A stretch of DNA of 59,171 nucleotides. Source: Candidatus Eiseniibacteriota bacterium (GTDB taxonomy: Bacteria > Eisenbacteria > RBG-16-71-46). The DNA lies in NCBI GenBank assembly GCA_041498315.1, contig JBGQIE010000002.1, positions 1-59,171 on the forward strand, written 5' to 3'. Of the stretch, positions 58,704 through 59,171 are shown piece by piece (within the stretch, counting starts at the first letter, position 1; every line of letters begins with the position of its first letter). The notes beneath the pieces are model-generated. The model did not search any database and was not told the DNA's origin. It was given only the letters and a program-made list of their open reading frames with translations. The position numbers and the translations under genes are program-made.

Positions 58704-59171
58704 ATGCTCTACTTCGCCTACGGCTCGAATCTCGACCCCGTGGAGATGGGCTCGCGCTGCCCGACCGCGCAGACCGTGGGGCTCGCCGCGCTCCACGACC
58801 ACCGGCTCGTGTTCCCGCGGAACTCCGAGACCTGGGGCGGGGGCACCTCGGGGATCGTGCCCTCCCACGGCCCGACCGTGTGGGGCGTCCTGTTCGAGGT
58901 CACGCAAGCCTGCCTCGACACGCTCGACACGCACGAAGGGTTCCGGGGGCCCGGCAATCCCGACAACCACTACGATCGCGAGCAGGTCACGGTCGAGCTC
59001 ACGCGGCCCGACGACGGCTCCATCCCGCGGCGCGTGCGGGCCTCGACCTATGTCGCGCGCCCCGCGAAGCCCACGCCGCCCTCGCGCCGCTACCTCGACA
59101 CCATCGTGCGCGGCGCCCGCCACCACCGGCTGCCCGAGGAGTACATCGCGGCGCTCGCCGCGACGCAGACC
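58704..59171 (+). CDS. Gamma-glutamylcyclotransferase (AIG2/GGACT-like) family protein; 3' end beyond the window
   Basis: Not in the ORF track because no stop lies in the window. AGGAGG upstream. Manual translation: MLYFAYGSNLDPVEMGSRCPTAQTVGLAALHDHRLVFPRNSETWGGGTSGIVPSHGPTVWGVLFEVT...LDTHEG... The YGSNL motif and the catalytic Glu context are typical. Confidence 0.8.
   Translation, partial: MLYFAYGSNLDPVEMGSRCPTAQTVGLAALHDHRLVFPRNSETWGGGTSGIVPSHGPTVWGVLFEVTQACLDTLDTHEGFRGPGNPDNHYDREQVTVELTRPDDGSIPRRVRASTYVARPAKPTPPSRRYLDTIVRGARHHRLPEEYIAALAATQT

Overview
This is a 59.2-kb, very GC-rich segment (about 70% G+C by eye, not computed) from the chromosome of a diderm bacterium. It carries many lipobox lipoproteins and outer-membrane beta-barrels; the lineage cannot be fixed from this window. 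I can support about 47 protein-coding genes. I found no rRNA, tRNA, CRISPR array, transposase, integrase or phage genes. Most of the long ORFs in the six-frame track are antisense or out-of-frame GC artefacts. I called genes from recognisable catalytic motifs, third-codon-position G/C periodicity counted by hand, Shine-Dalgarno placement, and ATGA/TAATG stop-start coupling.

Recognisable genes include an orphan groEL, efp, rho, nadE (frameshifted), pepA, rlmD, a PduO-type adenosyltransferase, an ABC-2 exporter plus MFS pump, an NfeD/SPFH pair, an SDR, a threonine dehydratase, an aminotransferase, a NUDIX hydrolase and a Lon-like protease.

The most unusual region is a co-directional minus-strand block running from 58570 down to 45136:
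- LmbE-type deacetylase, then DUF885, ATGA-coupled to a 1,692-aa protein fusing a Ser/Thr kinase, a STAND NTPase, TPR repeats, a GAF domain and a sigma-54 activator.
- An AT-richer spacer with a sigma-54-type promoter layout, then a small secreted protein.
- An array of six hairpin-forming 39/42-nt repeats with a conserved CCGCT core and covarying stems.
- A degenerate EBP-like ATPase gene coupled to a degenerate receiver gene.
- Cell-envelope enzymes: a D,D-carboxypeptidase, a TSUP exporter and a TMTC-like glycosyltransferase.

Other points worth a second look:
- A Rho factor whose RNA-binding N-terminal domain is replaced by an Arg/Gly/Pro-rich low-complexity segment.
- A 914-aa GreA fusion.
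- A 1-nt homopolymer frameshift in nadE.
- A shared C-terminal TWGK[LI]K[AS][LI]YR tail on two unrelated secreted proteins.
- Two copies of an outer-membrane-barrel plus lipoprotein gene pair.
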